From Amphiscolops sp. MND2022 (taxonomy: Eukaryota), in assembly GCA_964187785.1 (NCBI GenBank), contig OZ076409.1, positions 86,368,001 through 86,428,000 of the forward strand: 60,000 bases of DNA. The letters are read 5' to 3'. This document shows positions 56,235 to 60,000 of this stretch, piece after piece. A program made the translations under genes and the position numbers. Position 1 is the stretch's first letter, and the number at the start of each line of letters is the position of its first letter. The notes under the pieces were generated by a model. It saw nothing but the letters and a program-made list of their open reading frames with translations, was not told the DNA's origin and searched no databases.

Positions 56235-59200
56235 CTAATTTTCATTAGGAAATGGCCTGAATTTAGAGAGAGGTCGTATTAAAACTGATTTCTTTGTCTT
56301 GATTTTGGCTACTCTAACAACATTGTCATTCCCATCATACAATTCAATAATACGAGCCAAAGGCCAATGTAATGCTGGTGTGCTGTCTTCTGCTAAAAAT
56401 ACCAAATCACCAACTTTGGGCTGTTGATTTTCCTTTTTCCACTTAGAAACTGCTTGAAGGTTATTGAGATATTCTTTCTGCCAGCGATTCCAAAAATGTT
56501 GAGTCAAAGTCTTCACTAATTCAAATCTCTTAACAGCATTAAGCGGCTTTGTAGTCGGAATTTCAGGAAGAGATGTTAAAGCTGAACCGATTAAAAAATG
56601 TCCTGGAGTTAAAGGTTCTAAATCATTGGCATCAGAACTCATCGGTGATAGGGGACGGGAGTTTAAAACACTTTCTATCTGACAAAGTAATGTTGTAAAC
56701 TCTTCATAAGTAAGAATAATCCTACCCACAACTTTTTTGAGATGTAATTTCGTGCTTTTTACCGCTGCCTCCCAAAGTCCTCCAAAGTTAGGGGCTCGTG
56801 GTGGGATCATCGACCATTCCATTCCGCAATCAGCTGCAAACTGTGCCAAAGAATTCTGCTTTTTGGAGAGGATGAGTTTCAATTTGATGAGCTCGTTCCT
56901 CGCCCCGATGAAATTGGTCCCATTATCACTAAACATTGCTTTGGGAACTCCGCGCCGTGCAACAAATCTTTTCAAAGCTGCTATACAGGCTTCCGTGATT
57001 AGGTTCGTCACAACTTCTAGATGAACAGCTTTTGTTGAAAAGCACACAAAGACAGCTATGTACATTTTATCTAAAGTCTTACTGCTATGTTTCAACTTGA
57101 TCATGAACGGACCAGCAAAATCAACTCCGGTATTTTGGAATACTCGACCAGGAGTTATTCTTTCGGTAGGAAGTGGACCCATCTTAGGTTGTAGAGTGGA
57201 CTGACTGAAGCGAATACACACAGTGCACTTCGAAATAATTTTTCTGACGAATTTCCTGCCATTTATTATCCAGAATCTCTGTCGAACTTGATACAATGTG
57301 GCTTGTGGGCCTCCGTGCAAACATTGAAAATGATAATAACGCACCAACAAAATTGCAAAATGTGACTCGTTGCTAATTATGATTGGATGCTTCACGTCGT
57401 CTGGCAGATTTGATTGGAACAATCTACCCCCCACCTTGACGAGGTCATCATCTTCGTCAACAAAAGGGGCTAATGCTGATAGCGGGTGGCTCGTTGCAAG
57501 CGATTTGTTTTCGTGTAATAATTTTTGCTCACTCGAGAAAAATTCTTTTTGATGTTGACGTAATAACAAAAGCTCAGCATCCTCTAATTCGTTACTTGTC
57601 AACACACTGGAGAGCCTTTGTCGTCTTTTAAGTTGTTTAATATATCGTGAAACATAAACAGTTGTGCGAAGCAATCGCGAGAAATTTTGAAATCTTGTAA
57701 CATCAATAACTGGTAAAGATTGACTGACAGAAGACGTAACTTTAGCTTTGCGTTGCTCTGGTGGATTTTCCATCGAAGTGGGCTTTTTCGGCCACTGTGT
57801 TTTGTCTACTAAGAGAAATGGGGGACCATGCCACCACAAATTTGAACTGAGCAAAGTCTGCGATGATGTTCCGCGGGAAGCTGCATCGGCAGGATTTAAT
57901 TTTGTCGGAACGTGACTCCACTTTGATGGGGGAATAACATCTTGAATTTCAGCAACTCTATTTGCCACGAAAGTTGACCACCTGTTAGGCTGAGCATTTA
58001 TCCAAGCCAGTGTAATCGTGCTATCTGACCACCCGAAAAATTCGATTTCATTTACATTAACGACTGATGATATCGCTTGCTGAATGGTCATGACTAGTTT
58101 CACTCCGAGTTGTGCAGCACAGAGCTCGAGCCTTGGTAGAGATATTGTTTTCATAGGTGCAACACGTGCTTTGGCTGAAATTAAATGGCTTTGTCGTTCA
58201 TTATTTGGTTTGCATATAACTAGATAAGCTGCTGCAGCATATGCTAGCATGGACGCGTCAGTGAAACAATGAATTTCATTATTTGTTGCATTATCACATG
58301 TAATGCGTCAGGGGATCTGTATGTTTGCTATCACGTAAATGTCATTTACGTCTGCAGTGAATTCTTTTATGAAATTTTCAGGCAATGGATCATCCCATAC
58401 TATTCCCAAAGCCCATGCTTTCTGAATCCAAATTTTGAATCGAATTGTTGCCGGTGTTAACCAACCAATAGGGTCGAATAACTTTGCACAAATTGATAGC
58501 AAATTTCTTTTGGTGACAAGAGTACCTTCTGGCTGACTTGCTTGCATTTCAAAATTATCGTTCACATGATTCCATGTATTTCCCAAAGTCTTCACAGAAG
58601 CTGAGTCGGCTAACTTTACTTCAAATGGATCAGTTCCTCAGAGTTCTTCAGGAAGTCTTTCAATCAATTCGGGTGCGTTAGAAATCCATTTACGAATGCT
58701 GAATTGACCGGATTGCAGTGTGTTGATAATTCCATCTTGAATTCTTTTAGCATTGTCTAAATTATCAGCACCTGACAGCAAATCATCGACGTAAAAATCT
58801 TTCATTATAGCTTGTTTGACAGCGTCGTCAGTTGTTGATTTTGCTGTTTCTTGTAAAGCACGTATTGAATGATAAGCACTAGAGCCAATGCCATACGTCA
58901 CTCGTGTCATTTGCTTGTGTTGAATTTCATCATCCGGATTGTCACGCCATAAAATACGATGGAAGTTTCTGGCATCTTTGGTCAGACCTATTTGTCGGTA
59001 CATTTTAGCGACATCAGCTGTGAAACCAATTTTGTGGAATCTGAATCGGATAATCAAATCAAAAATAGTGTCTTGGATCGTTGGTCCAACTAAAAGAGTG
59101 TCATTTAAAGAGACTCCAGTTGTTGTCTTCGCCGAAGCATCAAATACCACTCTAAGCTTCGTGGTGGTGCTTGATTCTTTAAAGACAGCGTGATGTGGTA

Positions 59201-60000
59201 AGTAGAAATGATTTGCATGGCCATTATCGACTTCTTCTTTCGGAACATCTTCCAGATGTCCGAGTTCTTCAAATTCTTTGATGAATGCGCAATATTTCGC
59301 TTTCAGGTCAGGATGTCTGGTGAGTCGTTTCTCTTGTGCAATGAATCTATCACGTGCCTGTTTGTAAGAATCGCCAAGAAGTTGAGGGGGATTACTTTTG
59401 GGTAGGTCAACAATGAATCTTCCTGTATCATCTCTCGTCGTCGTTGCATCGAAATGAGCCTCTGCTTTTGTTTCTGACGCCGACCAAGCTTTCGTTTGAG
59501 GTACTTCTTCTATTTCCCAAAACTTTTTCAGAGAATCATCGGTAGCCATCATGTGTGATACTGATGTAAGTGTTTGACCTTTTGAAGCTGTTGATCCGGA
59601 AATTACATAGCCAAAAACAGTGTTTGTTAGGAACATGTTACCGATAACTACTCGTCCCGGTCTGCGAAGTGATTCATAAAATTCAGCACCAATTATGATA
59701 TCGATGTCAGATTCAATATTGAAGTTCGGGTCGGCAAGCGTGATGTTTGGTAGATTCAATGGTTTGGTAAACGTTGACGAAGGCAATGGAAGTGTAAGTT
59801 TACCTGACATGACGAGCATTTCTGCAGAAATTACTGCGATTTTAGCTGAATTTTGAGTTGACTTTTACCAATTGATTCGGCGTTGCCAGTACCCACAACA
59901 GAATATCTGGTTGTAGATTTATGCATTGGTAGTTCAAGTTTAGAACGACAAGAGTTTGTTATCAAATTCAACTGCGAACCAGTGTCCAACATTGCCCTAC
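56235..60000 (-). mobile_element. BEL/Pao LTR retrotransposon C, pol region (protease, RT, RNase H, integrase); continues right of the window
   Basis: LDTGSQ, YLPHHAV..KLRVVFDAS, ADVAKMYRQI, FYVDDLL, SLPRLELCAA, GVDFAGP, FSDNGTNF, GGLWEAAVKS. Few disruptions (~59830, 58638, ~58300). Confidence 0.96.

Overview
AT-rich, intron-containing animal (invertebrate-type) genomic DNA dominated by mobile elements. (1) 1-17321 is the right-hand part of a decayed Polinton/Maverick (adintovirus-like endogenous virus). It carries protein-primed PolB, packaging ATPase, rve integrase, minor and major capsid, a basic core protein, adenain protease and accessory genes, and ends in the canonical ...ACTACT terminus. 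An internal 2.68-kb tandem duplication creates an ATPase fusion ORF. Most notably, it encodes an EGFR-ligand-type EGF protein, and its two divergent promoter regions are rich in CArG (SRF-type) boxes (six perfect copies in 161 bp in one of them) plus E-box and AP-1 sites, which suggests a growth-factor/immediate-early feedback circuit (hypothesis). (2) The Polinton sits inside a Tigger/pogo transposase, itself next to or inside a hAT remnant, just past the last visible exon of a host PDZD8 gene. (3) Host genes, all on the minus strand: PDZD8 (8 exons, 19026-25676), MRPS5 (5 exons, 35118-42626) and the 3' part of a Tudor-domain gene (44182-45467). (4) Other repeats: many DINE-1/HINE-like non-autonomous Helentron copies, hAT and foldback MITEs, a 5'-truncated RTE LINE, tRNA-derived SINEs, three BEL/Pao LTR elements, a pogo remnant, and a Ginger1-like integrase-N/OTU ORF lacking its DDE core. 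All calls are by eye from motifs. No database searches were run, and repeat boundaries are approximate unless a TSD is quoted.
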